Assembly: GCF_006345805.1 (NCBI RefSeq) | Contig: NC_043005.1 | Coordinates: forward strand, 94,488,001-94,552,000 | Reading direction: 5' to 3' | Length of the DNA stretch: 64,000 bases | From: Octopus sinensis | Taxonomy: Eukaryota | Shown: piece after piece, positions 52,504 through 64,000 of the stretch | Position numbering within the stretch: position 1 is the first letter of the stretch | How the letters are laid out: each line of letters begins with the position of its first letter | Program-made: the position numbers and the translations under genes | The notes under the pieces: model-generated | Told to the model about the DNA's origin: nothing | What the model saw: only the letters and a program-made list of their open reading frames with translations | The model's database searches: none

Positions 52504-53023
52504 ACAGGGGTGAGCCATTCAGACTGGTCATCCATTTTGGCGAGAAGATCCCTTATCGTCTTTTATGCTACACCACTGGTTTTCAGTTCAAGAAGGACTA
52601 TTCATTATAATACATCAGTTCCACACATTTACCCTGGATTCCATTTCGGACAACTGCACAAACATTTGCCATTTCACACATGTATGTAAACAAATTCCTT
52701 TCTTTAAAAAATTTCAATTCATTTTCTTTTTTCAATTTAAGTTTCTATACACTTTACGCAAATATTTGATTAAACAACTAAAACACTTCACATTTCGAAC
52801 ATGTACGTAAACTACTTCCTTTATTGCAAATCTAACTTTCTTTTCTGGCTTTTAACTCAAATTTCTATACATTTTACACACTCTGTCGCTATACTTGCAT
52901 AAAAAATTTCTTTCAGCTGCTAATATTTATTTCTTTTCCTTCCACGCTTTACATTTTTCCACATTTCATTCAAATTACAATTTCTATCTTTAAGTAACTT
53001 TCACCCTTTCTTTTTCACATAAA

Positions 53024-56000
53024 ATGCCACCGAAAAAGAGAAGTCACATCGGCCGCCATACTGCAGCAGCAGCTGCGAAAAAGGCGAAGCGCAGCGCCAT
53101 AAACGCTTCTGCTGTTGCTGCACAAAGGGCTTCAGAGGACCCACAACAAAGGGCCACTCGACTGGCTACAAACGCTGCGGTTGCTTCATACGATGCTGCT
53201 TCCACGGCTTCAGACGGTCCGGAAACAAGGTCGAAGCGCAGCGCCATAAAGGCTTCTGCTGTTGCTGCACAAAGGGCTTCAGAGGACCCACAACAAAGGG
53301 CCACTCGACTGGCTACAAACGCTGCGGTTGCTTCATACGATGCTGCTTCCACGGCTTCAGACGGTCCGGAAACAAGGTCGAAGCGCAACGCCATAAACGC
53401 TTCTGCTGTTGCTGCACAAAGGGCTTCAGGGGACCCACAACAAAGGGCCACTCGACTGGCTACAAACGCTGCGGTTGCTTCATACGATGCTGCTTCCACG
53501 GCTTCAGACGGTCCGGAAACAAGGTCGAAGCGCAGCGCCATAAAGGCTTCTGCTGTTGCTGCACAAAGGGCTTCAGAGGACCCACAACAAAGGGCCACTC
53601 GACTGGCTACAAACGCTGCGGCTACTGCTGCTTCAACATTTTCGACACATTCCCACGACTCAGACCAGCAACGTTCTACATTCCAGCGGAACAGTCGACG
53701 CCGCGGTCTGACGAGTCCAAACAGACCTTACTGGCATCTACGTGCTTTCAAGTATGAGCCCAACTTCAATTACTCGATGCACGCTGACATAAATATTGGG
53801 GAAATGTTCTTCAATTGACAATTCTGCAATGCTAAAAAGTGGGCTGGGGAACCACCTGCGATGTGCTGCTTAAACGGTAAGGTCAGATTGCCCCCTCTTC
53901 GGGAGCTGCCAGACCCTTTGAAGGAATTACTTACTGGTTCCACCTCAAGATCATCAAAATTCCTTCAACTCATCAGGAAATACAATTGTGCATTTCATTT
54001 CTTTCGGAGCTAACGTTGTCAGAGAAACTGATTGGATGCCTACTTTCAAGGTCCAGGGCCAGGTGTACCACCTTATTGGGTCACTTCAGCCACTACAACA
54101 TTGTAAACCTTCGTTCCTTCAAATTTATTTTATTACAAATTATAATAGGCAACTTGATTTGCGTTTCGACGTAATTCCACAACATGCAAACACTAACGCT
54201 GACAATTTCGACAGGGACGTGCTGCTCACTCTGCAAAACATGCTTCATGACCACAACAGCTATATTCGCAGTTTCAAATACGCCTTGGAAACAGCCCCTT
54301 CACCAACATTCACCATTGTCATCGATGCTGACAAAAGGCCTTCTGGGGAGCACGCGCGGCGATATAACGCTCCTTCGTGCAATGAAGTGGCCATAGTTCT
54401 CCATGGTGAACAGCACAAGCAGCGGGACATAGTTCTTCAAAGCCGCGACAGTGGTCTTCAGCGTATTAATGAGTCGCATCGGTCATATGACGCCCTGCAG
54501 TATCCCCTTCTTTTTCCGTATGGAGAAGACGGGTACCATTTCGGCATTCCTCACCACAAACCAAACGAGCCCTCGGCTGCGACATCTAAAACTGTTTCAT
54601 GTATGGCTTTTTACTCATACCGCTTCATGACAAGGCATAATGATTTCAACCCCCTGCACAGATCACGGCAACTGTTTCACCAGTTTGCAGTTGAGATGGC
54701 TGCAAAGATGGAGTCCGAGAGACTGGGCTTCATCAAATTGAATCAGAAGCAGCTGCGCTCAGACTCCTACATCCATTTGCGTGATGGCATCAGGAATGAC
54801 ACTGACGCCCGCAATATCGGCAAAATGTGCATTCTCCCCTCAACCTATACAGGGGGCCCACGGTACATGCACGAGCGAACACAAGACGCTATGACTTACG
54901 TTCGGCATTATGGGCGACCCGATTTATTCATTACCTTTACATGTAACCCAAAGTGGGTTGAGGTAACGCGAGAACTTCTCCCAGGGCAGCAGTACTGTCA
55001 TTGCCATGATATTATTGCAAGGGTTTTCAGGCAGAAACTGGCTAAGCTCATTCTTTTAATAAAAAAAGGCCAGGTTTTTGGGCCTGTTAACTGCCACATG
55101 TATACTGTTGAGTGGCAGAAAAGAGGGTTGCCACATGCGCACATTTTGCTTTGGTTGGTCAACAAAATAGACCCAACAGTTCTTGATGATCTCATTGCAG
55201 CAGAAATTCCGGACCCAACTGTTGACCGGCACCTGTACGACATTGTGAAGGCACACATGGTACACGGTCCGTGCGGTCCTGGTTTTCAAAAGTTCTCCTC
55301 ATGCCACAAAGACCACGTGTGCACTAAACGGTACCCAAAGAGGTTCGTGGACGAGACCCAGACCGGCCGCGACGGATACCCACTGTACAGAAGAAGGCAC
55401 CCTGACAATGGTGGATTCACTATAATGTTACGGGGTCATCAAGTGGATAATAGGTGGGTACTGTCCATTTCTGATGAAAACTTTTAACGCTCACATAAAT
55501 GTGGAGTTATGTCATTCAGTCAAGTCTATAAAGTATATATGCAAATATGTTAACAAGGGTTCTGACGCTGCCATGTTTGGCCTTCAAAAGGACAATAGCA
55601 TGGACGAGGTGTCACAGTACATGGCAGGTCGGTACATAAGCAGTGGTGAAGCTTTTTGGCGGATATTCGGGTTTCCACTTCACCAAAGGCACCCCGCCAT
55701 CATACAACTAGCGGTTCATTTGGAAAATGGCCAACGAATTTACTTTACTGAACAGACTGCAGCTGATTTGGCGGCAAATCCAAAACAAACAACTTTGACC
55801 GGTTTCTTTAGGCTTTGCCAACATGACACATTTGCTAAAACACTTTTATACCCTCAGGTCCCGTCCTACTACGTGTGGTCAAACAACAATTGGGTGCGTA
55901 GGAAGTCGGGTCAGGATGTTGAAGGACATCCTGGTGTCAAGTTTAACAGTTGTCTAGGAAGAGTCTACACTGTACCTCCAAACCAACATGACTGTTTTCA

Positions 56001-57878
56001 CCTGCGCCTTCTCCTCCATGAGGTTTTAGGCCTACAAAGTTTTCAAGACATCAGAACTGTTGATGGTGTATTATGTGATACTTTCCGTGAAGCCTGTTTT
56101 CGGCGTCGACTTTTGGAGGATGATTCACAATGGGGCGCCACTATGGCAGAAGGTGTTTCATTAAAATCTCCTAAAAAAATCAGATCGCTTTTCGCTATTC
56201 TATTACTATGGTGTGACTTGGCTAATCCCGCCTCTTTATGGCTTACCTACAAAGATGATATGTCTGAAGATTTCCTGCATCACGCTCAATCGCTACATCC
56301 ATCAATGGAGGTCGGGTACACTGACCTCATTTACAACAGGGCGCTGCTTGAAATCGAAGATACTGTACTCGATATGGGCGGTAGTGCCTTGCCGGTCTAT
56401 GGCCTACCTTCAACAAACCGGGAAGGCACAAACACTCTGTCTTCACATTTGCTGCGTGAGACATGTTTTAATGTTGACGAGCTTGCCGAGTACATAGCCG
56501 ACAATGAGCCAAAGCTCATTCCAGAACAGAAGTTCGCTTACAACTCCGTTGTTAATTCAGTCCGGGCCAAAGCTGGGGACATTTTTTCCTGGACGCTCCT
56601 GGGGGCACTGGGAAAACTTTTGTCAACAAATTAATATTGGCTGAGATAAGGCGAACACAAGGCATTGCCCTAGCTGTGGCATCATCTGGAATTGCGGCTA
56701 CTTTGTTGCCAGGCGGCAGGACAGCTCACTCTACTTTCAAACTCCCACTTGACTTAGCGAAGACTGAGACACCAACTTGCAACATCAGTAACAGCTCCGA
56801 TCAGGCAGAAGTCTTCAGACGATGCAAGCTTATCGTTTGGGATGAATGCACGATGGCCCACAGAGGTGCTCTTGAGGCACTAGATAGATCTCTCAGAGAC
56901 ATCAAACACTCTTCAGCTCCCATGGGAGGCATAACACTTCTTCTTTCAGGGGACTTCCGACAAACACTTCCCGTTATTCCCAAAGGGACTAGAGCTGATG
57001 CTGTAAGTGCGTGTCTTAAGTCATCCACATTGTGGCCACTGGTGAAGACTCTCAAACTTCACACCAATATGCGTGCTCATATGCGACGTGATATCACATC
57101 AGCAGCATTTTCTCACACCCTCCTTGCACTTGGCGAAGGCAAAATACCAGGGGATGAAAATGGTAATATTGCCATCGATTCCATTTGTACCATTGTTAAC
57201 ACGCCTTCTGATCTCAGAGATGCAGTCTTCCCAGATCTACAAGCTAATTATCAGAATATGGATTGGATTGGCCAAAGGGCTATTCTGGCCCCGAGGAATA
57301 AAACTGTTCACCATATTAATGATGAAATGCTAAAACTCATTCCTGGGGATGTCTATGTATATAAGTCTATTGATACAACTCCTGACCCAGACGACGTCAT
57401 CAATTATCCAATAGAGGTACTCAATTCCTTTGAGCCCCCCGGACTACCACCACACATTCTCAAACTTAAAGTTGGTGCCCCTATAATGCTCATTAGAAAT
57501 TTGGTTCCCCCAAAACAATGTAATGGCACACGTTTGATCGTTAAGTCCTTATCTCCCAATCTGATTGAGGCCACCATTATCACAGGGTGCGGTCGAGGCA
57601 ACGTTGTGCTCATACCTAGGATGCATCTTTTCCCATCAGGAGCAGACCTACCTTTCATATTTCGGAGGTCCCAGTTCCCAGTAAGGCCATGTTTCGCAAT
57701 GTCAATTAACAAAGCGCAGGGTCAAACACTGTCTGTGGCAGGAATACATTTGGGAGAGCCATGTTTCTCTCATGGTCAGCTTTATGTTGGCTGCTCACGT
57801 GTCGGCAGCAACAGTGATGCTTTCGCATTCCTTCCACAACGAAAAACAAAAAACATTGTGTACAAGGAGGTTTTATAG
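53024..57878 (+). pseudogene. Helitron Rep (HUH endonuclease)-PIF1 helicase, with 1 stop and 3 frameshifts
   Basis: Zn motif N*QFCNAKKWAGEPPAMCCLNGKV. Rep motifs RPDLFITFTCNPKW, VEWQKRGLPHAHIL and KYICKYVNKG. Helicase motifs LDAPGGTGKT (shifted frame), GGRTAHSTF, VWDE, GDFRQTLPV, AMSINKAQGQT and HGQLYVGCSRV. Lesions at 53816, ~53997, ~55460 and ~56585. Confidence 0.95.
53087..53620 (+). repeat. 147-bp (49-aa) in-frame tandem repeat, ~3.6 copies, in the Helitron N-terminus
   Basis: Units start at 53087, 53234, 53381 and 53528. The unit is KRSAI[N/K]ASAVAAQRASEDPQQRATRLATNAAVASYDAASTASDGPETRS. Confidence 0.95.
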
Positions 57879-59237
57879 GATTACTACGTTTCATCATTTT
57901 CAAACACGTTAGTATTTCACTTACATACGACTCTCTTTTATGACGGCATTTACATTTCTAGGCGTTTCATTACATTAATTCACACTTAACCAACACCTGT
58001 CCTTCGCTCAACTCTATTTCTATCCATTCATCATCAATCCACCAGCCTCATCTTCTATATCCAACGTACATGACACATCTACCCCCTACATCTACACTCT
58101 CATTGTTAAAGTTTACATGAGCGACAACACGATCGCAACATACACTTTCGAAACTAATCAACAGATCATTTTATACAACAAAAAATTTAATCAAAACGCC
58201 CATCAATGAAAACATCTCCACCACTGTATTGTGATTCACCTAATCAGCACCACTACAGTCTTGCCGGTCTGACATATGGTGAGTAGATGCTATTGTTCTA
58301 TATTTTATAAATTACACATATTTACTTACCCATGCTTCATTCCTCTCTTGCCTACATATGAAATCCACTCTCTTTTAACACAGCATCAAGTTTTGGAACA
58401 GCACATCCGCTGCCGTTCGTGCAAAACGAAGAGACCCTATTCACCTGCGAACGTTTTACATCGCCTTCCACGACTATCAAATTCTTACAATTATGAGAAC
58501 AATAACATGGCTCATTTCAAGGCAACCTCACATTCAATTCTTACACCATTCTACGAGGGGGTAGGAACACCTTTACATGGCTTTCTATACACTTACAAAT
58601 ACATTCATTCGCCGTGAACTTATATCAATATTTGCCTGAATAATCATCATAATTCAGTGCAATCATTAACAGTACTTTCAAGCAATTCAGCACCGAGCAA
58701 CGCCGGGCAATTCTGCTAGTATATAATACTTTCTAATAAATAATGAAACATTTTCTTCCTCTTTTTCTCTTTTTGGTTATTGTATTTGTTTAATAGTCTC
58801 GCCATTTCTTCCAAACATTGAAATATATCCTGTTAATATAATTTGTTTCTATTAGTATTATAGCTATTTTATAGTCACACCCTTTACCAACACAGAAATA
58901 TATCATGTTAATCATGTGTACAAAAGATCATTGAATCAATACTGTAAAGAGCGAATTTACAAAGTTTACAGACTGTTATGGTGTAATTTTCTGGACCTTG
59001 CCTATAACCACTCTCACTGGTAATTTCCCGATGTAATAGCAGCAGGAATCATTATTTATCGTTCAGATGTTACAATTACAAATGAAACAATGCCTAAACT
59101 GACAAAATTCTTAGCTTCTTTGACTGTTTTTGAATGCAACAATAGTCTTGTCATTGTTTGCGACTATCTCAATTTATTATGACACCAGGTTATTACCGAA
59201 TTCTCTTTTGTTTGGCTAGCAAAACTGCTTTGGGCAG

Positions 59238-59292
<55 letters not shown>

Positions 59293-60284
59293 CGGGTGAG
59301 AGAAAGAGATGGATGTAGGGAGCTGAGAAGGGTAGGAGGTGGTATATTCGGTCGAGCAACCGAATACCCTGCGGTGTTTAACTACATTCTATATGTTGTG
59401 AGTTCAAATATTATCCAGGGTTATTTTTATTTTATCTATCTACGGCCTATGGTAGGGGTAACACTGAAGTACTGAAGAAAGAGAGGGAGAGAGAGAGAGA
59501 GAGAGAGAAAGAGAGATAGACAGACAGAGAGATTAATGGATTGATAGGAGCAGTTCAGTGACAGACAAAAAGCGCCGAGGTATTTATTTTATAAAATTAT
59601 TTCCCTTATATTTTGAGATGAAATTCAGCACGGGCCGACTATGCCTGTCATCATTTCCAGTATCGCTTCCTTTTTTTTTGTTGACCTGTAAGTCAACTGT
59701 AATTTATTAAATCTATGACTAAAGATAGTCTTGTCGTGGCCATCTCGTCTTTTTATCTATGTGTCATTTTCATATTTAAGACAATAAGCAGTGATTTGAG
59801 AGAGACTAAGCTGCTATTTCTAGTCGGCTGATCGAACGAATCGTGTACTGGTTATGGCTCCTCTTTTGAAATGTCTCGTCATGCTTCAACATGTTGGAAG
59901 GGTTTGGGGTGGAGTGCGGTGTGGAAGTTTCAGATACAGAGTATTCACTACCTTTCATGTTGCAAATTATCTACTGTAAACTTAACATTATATTGAGTTC
60001 AAGTATGAGGAGACATTTCAAAAAGAGAAGCAATACTTTATGGTATCGACCTTGGAAATTTTTAATTGATTTTAAATTGATATTAATCAAATTAATATTC
60101 AATTTTTCACCCTTAATATTTTTAATTTATACATAATACATACATACATACATACATACATACATACATACATACATACATACATACATACATACATACA
60201 TACATGCATACATACATATATATATATGATAGAAATATCATTATTTCTAATTCTCTCTAAAGGTGACTACGGCAGCGGTAATGG

Positions 60285-60438
60285 ATATTAATAGTTATTG
60301 CCAAGCTAACATGGCGGTCCAGAAAAATATGACGAACGCTGCCGCTAATTATCTCCAAGAGGCGATGGCCTCTTGGAATAATCAACGGCAGTATTCATCC
60401 TATTTCTCTGGACTGCCATGTTAGCTTGACGATAACTA

Positions 60439-60445
<7 letters not shown>
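60285..60445. repeat. 161-bp imperfect palindrome (hairpin) with a 4-nt loop
   Basis: atattaatagtta...ccaagaggc-GATG-gcctcttgg...taactattaatat. The ~79-bp arms differ by 10 substitutions and 1 indel. Confidence 0.9.
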
Positions 60446-60531
<86 letters not shown>

Positions 60532-60761
60532 ATGTAGGATAAAACTTTTTCGAAAAAAAATTTTTTTTTCTCAATGGCCAGCATATTAAAAAATACTTTT
60601 AAAGGTTAAATTTATAAACAACTTATAAATAAAGGCAAACGAAAACATTTCTAATGCCAAATATGCCGAAATTAGACACATTGTCCATAACCATTATAAA
60701 TTTTTCACAATACGCACGCTACTCAAAAAACGTCGACAGAAATTTCTAAAAAATTCCATTA

Positions 60762-60821
60762 TTACCATATCGGACCGATTTCAGGGTTAGTTCGTAAGAA
60801 CCCTCCCTTCGTCAGTGATAA
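60762..60821 (-). ncRNA. Type I hammerhead ribozyme with a canonical CUGACGA core
   Basis: Minus strand reads TTATCA-CTGACGA-AGGG-AGG-GTTC(TTAC)GAAC-TAA-CCCT-GAAA-TCGG(T)CCGA-TA-TGGTAA. Helix I is 6 bp (one G.U), helix II is bipartite, helix III is palindromic, and the triplet is AUA. Confidence 0.8.
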
Positions 60822-61376
60822 ATGTGGCAAAGAAATAAATGAGATACTTACTCATGCCCATGGAAGAAGCAAACACCAAGTCATGAGCACAATTAAGTAC
60901 CCCAAATACATCCAAAATAGAAATTCTCTAGCCCATTTGAGACACGTGCGATTTGAACTGAGGCTCTCACAGAGTGAGAGAGTACGGAAGTGAAATTTAT
61001 ATTTAATGTAGGATAAAAATTTTTCAAAAAAAAAAAAAAAATTCGCCATATTTGGCATTAGAAATTTTTTCGTTTGCCCTTATTTATAAATTGTTTATAA
61101 ATTTAACCTTTAAATGTATCTTTTAATATGCTGGCCATTGATAAAATTTCTTCTTTTTTTTTCCAGAAAATTTTATCCTACATTAAATATAAATTTAACA
61201 GTGTTCACTTCCGGACTCTCTCACTCTGTGAGTGCCTCAGTTCAAATCGCACGTGTCTCAAATGGGCTAGAGAATTTCTATTTTGGATGTATTTGGGGTA
61301 CTTAATTGTGCTCATGACTTAATGTTTGCTTCTTCCATGGGCATGAGTAAGTATCTCATTTATTTCTTTGCCACAT

Positions 61377-61436
61377 TTATCACTGACAAAGGGAGGGTTC
61401 TTACGAACTAACCCTGAAATCGGTCCGATATGGTAA
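61377..61436 (+). ncRNA. Hammerhead fold in the right arm, probably inactive (CTGACAA, G8A)
   Basis: Identical to the 60762 copy except for the core G8->A at 61388. Confidence 0.65.
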
Positions 61437-61602
61437 TAGTGGAATTTTTTAGAAATTTCTGTCGACGTTTTTTGAGTAGCGTGCGTATTGTGAAAAAATT
61501 ATAATGGTTATGGACAATGTATCTAATTTCGGCATATTTGGCATTAGAAATGTTTTCGTTTGCCCTTATTTATAAGTTGTTTATATATATATATATATAT
61601 AT

Positions 61603-61651
<49 letters not shown>

Positions 61652-62871
61652 GTGTGAACAAGGAAGATTGGCTTGAGCAAGGCCGCTTTATTACATAATA
61701 CAACATTTATTTCAACTCCCTTTACCAGTAGCATGTATATATTTACATATTTTTGCTTGTATGTTCGTGCGTTTGTGCATGAATGTTGACAGTTCAGTTT
61801 TTAAGTAGTTATTATTTAGGCCCCCCAAGTTAGCCATGATTAAGCAGGCCTATGACGAAAGCTAAAACAATCCTTTGTTTTTGTATATCGACCACTACAC
61901 TCTTCTATGAATTCTTTATTCTAGAGAGTAGGATGTGATTTTAAAAGGAATTTGACTGCCATTTCCATATGATGCTACCTTGATATTTAACACAATTGTG
62001 ATGTCTACTATACTGTACTTCACATTGGCTCTTAACTTATGATGAGGTCTTAGAGGAGCTGTCATGACAAAGTGCGTGTCTTAGACATTTGGAGACCAGG
62101 TGTAGCCCTTATCTCTACAGATTTTACTACAGTCAATTATTTTCAGAAAGGAAGTGACAAACAAACGCCTGATCTCGGCTTGATTTGAACTCATAATGTA
62201 AAGAGCCATAAACAAATACCACAAGGCATTTATTTTTGCCCAACGTCCTAAACGATTCTCCCGGGAGCAACAAAGTATAAATTGGGAGTCAGCTGCTAGG
62301 TCTATTATGAAGTGTATTGAGATATTTTAAGAAGTAGAAAAAAGGCTTCGTAAGAAGGATTCGATGCGCGGTGTCTCATAACAATAGCATCTATATTACC
62401 GATAACATACAGATCTCTATTGTACACATTATCACACTCCTAGTTATTGGAAAGTGTATTAATATAGACATTCAGATTTGCCATTCACTTCGTAAGGTTT
62501 CTAAATATTCTGAAATATATAATACCAGATCGCTAATGACAAAAGTCGTTTCTTTCACTGGTTATACCAGAGAGTCTTTCCTTGCAACAATGCAATAATT
62601 ACGTGTACTTGTATGTAGCCACACCTGCGCCTATCTGCTTTTCTCTGGAGAAGAACACTACATGAAATGTTGGATCTTCCATGCCTCCCTGCAAGTTTAC
62701 TGCACCTTGTTTATCCATGTGGGCGTGCGTGTACGTTTGTATGCATACCTGCGTATATTGCATGAATAATGCATATAATATGCATACACATATGTGCATA
62801 TATATGTAAGTGCACAAACACACATGCGCGCGCACACTCACGCGCACACGTGTGTGTGTGTATGTTTGTGT

Positions 62872-63035
62872 AGGGACGTGGTCTAGTGTTTAGGGTGCTT
62901 CGATCACGATTGTAAGATAGTGATTTCGACTCACGGAGCGGGCGGTGCGTTGTGTTCTTAAGCAAAACACATTTCACATTGCTTTGCGATCACTTCTACC
63001 CATGACCTGTGGCAAAGTTTGCACCTGTAATAGCA
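62872..63035 (+). mobile_element. Decayed tRNA-derived SINE head, a third family (similar copy at ~25865-25985)
   Basis: gggacgtggtctagtgtttagggtg...gatttcgactcacgg...gcgttgtgttcttaagcaaaacacatttcacattgct has a tRNA-like A/B-box layout. Confidence 0.55.
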
Positions 63036-63042
63036 ATGTCGA

Positions 63043-63144
63043 CTAGCAGTATAACCCGGCTTTGCTCGGGATTAAGTTAGGATTATTATCAAACCAAACT
63101 AAGTAACATCGACGTCAAATTTGGGCGAAATCCGTTGAAATTGG

Positions 63145-63190
<46 letters not shown>
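63043..63190 (-). mobile_element. Non-autonomous Helitron 3' terminus (5' end uncertain)
   Basis: Minus strand cccgagcaaagccgggttatactgCTAG|T matches the 3' end of the large Helitron (ccgagcaacgccgggcaattctgCTAG|T). A (CA)n tract lies on its upstream side. Confidence 0.7.
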
Positions 63191-63192
<2 letters not shown>

Positions 63193-63385
63193 CTAATATA
63201 GGATGAAAATTTTTTCAGGAAAAAATTTCATCAAAAGTGGCAGCATATCAAAATACTTTTAAAGGTTAAAATTATAAACAACTTATAAACAAGGGCAAAA
63301 AAAAAAATTTATTTCCATGCCAATATGCCGATAACCGACTTTAAATCGTCAATTTCCACATTTCTCTTTTGCCCTTGCTTATAAG

Positions 63386-63392
<7 letters not shown>
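63191..63392. mobile_element. Miniature derivative of the 60527-61585 fold-back element
   Basis: Same left terminus (taatataggatgaaaatttttt...gcagcatat...tacttttaaaggttaaaattataaacaacttataa) and same inverted right terminus (gcccttgcttataagttata) next to (TA)n. It lacks the hammerhead segment. Confidence 0.65.
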
Positions 63393-63472
<80 letters not shown>

Positions 63473-63854
63473 GCAACACACACACATACGCACACTTACG
63501 TACCTAAACCTATTGCATACATGTTTTTTGTACGCATACATGTTCGTGTGTGTGCGTGTTGCCCGTATATCAACAAAACACTTTTTTCCTCGATGGAAAA
63601 AAAACAACAACACAAGTCTTAACAAAAACTCATTCGTCCCTAGAAGGGGACTTAACTCCTGTTCGTAAACAATGGTGATTTCTCCGACTTGAAAATTGTT
63701 AATAGTTTTGGTAGAAAATTTATTTTTACTGCTAATCACTGGTGCCTCTGGAAAAAATAAGTTGACGAAAATACAACTAGGTCATAACGAACGTCGTCCG
63801 AAAATTGGAGTGACATGCGTGCTAATTTGTGGGTGTGCATAAATTACATTCAAG

Positions 63855-63887
<33 letters not shown>

Positions 63888-64000
63888 CCTGCCTTTTATA
63901 TATACAGATTTGATGGAAGGAGTCAGCTAATGCACAGCACACACTTTTTGATCTCTGTAAACAAATCATGTGCACAAGTTTTTTGCAAGAAGTCGCAGAG

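Larger units (their letters stand above)
51853..58719 (+). mobile_element. Helitron, near full length (~6.9 kb), non-functional
   Basis: 3' end is a subterminal hairpin ccgagc-aac-gccgg followed by ctgCTAG|T at 58716-58720. Candidate 5' end is A|TCtcttattataaaaggc at 51853 (less certain). A Rep/helicase ORF lies inside. Confidence 0.85.
60527..61585. mobile_element. ~1.06-kb fold-back element made of inverted partial tandem copies of a ~475-485-bp unit, between (TA)n tracts
   Basis: atttaatgtaggat occurs at 60527 and 61001 (period 474). Arms ~60610-61025 and ~61165-61585 are reverse complements. Each arm carries a hammerhead fold. Confidence 0.85.

Noticed and set aside
53816-53818. In-frame TGA at a Cys position of the Helitron CxxC motif as selenocysteine
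   Set aside because: The ORF has three further frameshifts and no SECIS was recognised. A TGY->TGA point mutation is the simpler explanation.
63043-63203. Complete 161-bp mini-Helitron with a 5' TC at 63203
   Set aside because: The A|TC...CTAG|T pattern fits, but the sequence across 63190-63215 aligns continuously with the terminus of the 60527 fold-back family, so this 5' end is not trusted.

Overview
AT-rich animal genomic DNA saturated with microsatellites. The (TA)n/(TATG)n/(CA)n content and the SINE families suggest a cephalopod, probably Octopus; this is an inference. No host gene could be supported. Essentially all real coding signal is transposon-derived and disrupted. It comprises a Tx1/L1-clade LINE (1-5313), three CR1-like LINE fragments, three Penelope-like element (PLE) coding remnants (two RT+GIY-YIG, one GIY-YIG only), three Tc1/mariner remnants, a near full-length Helitron (51853-58719), a pogo/Tigger-like MITE and many tRNA-derived SINEs. 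The most notable signal is non-coding. Folding by hand gives a set of small self-cleaving ribozyme folds. Seven complete type I hammerhead folds occur: six in three inverted-repeat pairs (11705/14856, 41594/41764, 60762/61377) and one single at 7947. Two decayed copies lie at 32167 and 36827. Most have a CCGANGA core instead of CUGANGA and a palindromic helix III. One HDV-like double-pseudoknot candidate (33506-33583) sits at the 5' end of an ORF-less RTE-like element. All folds were derived by eye and none has been tested for activity. Most long ORFs in the supplied track are translated microsatellites.
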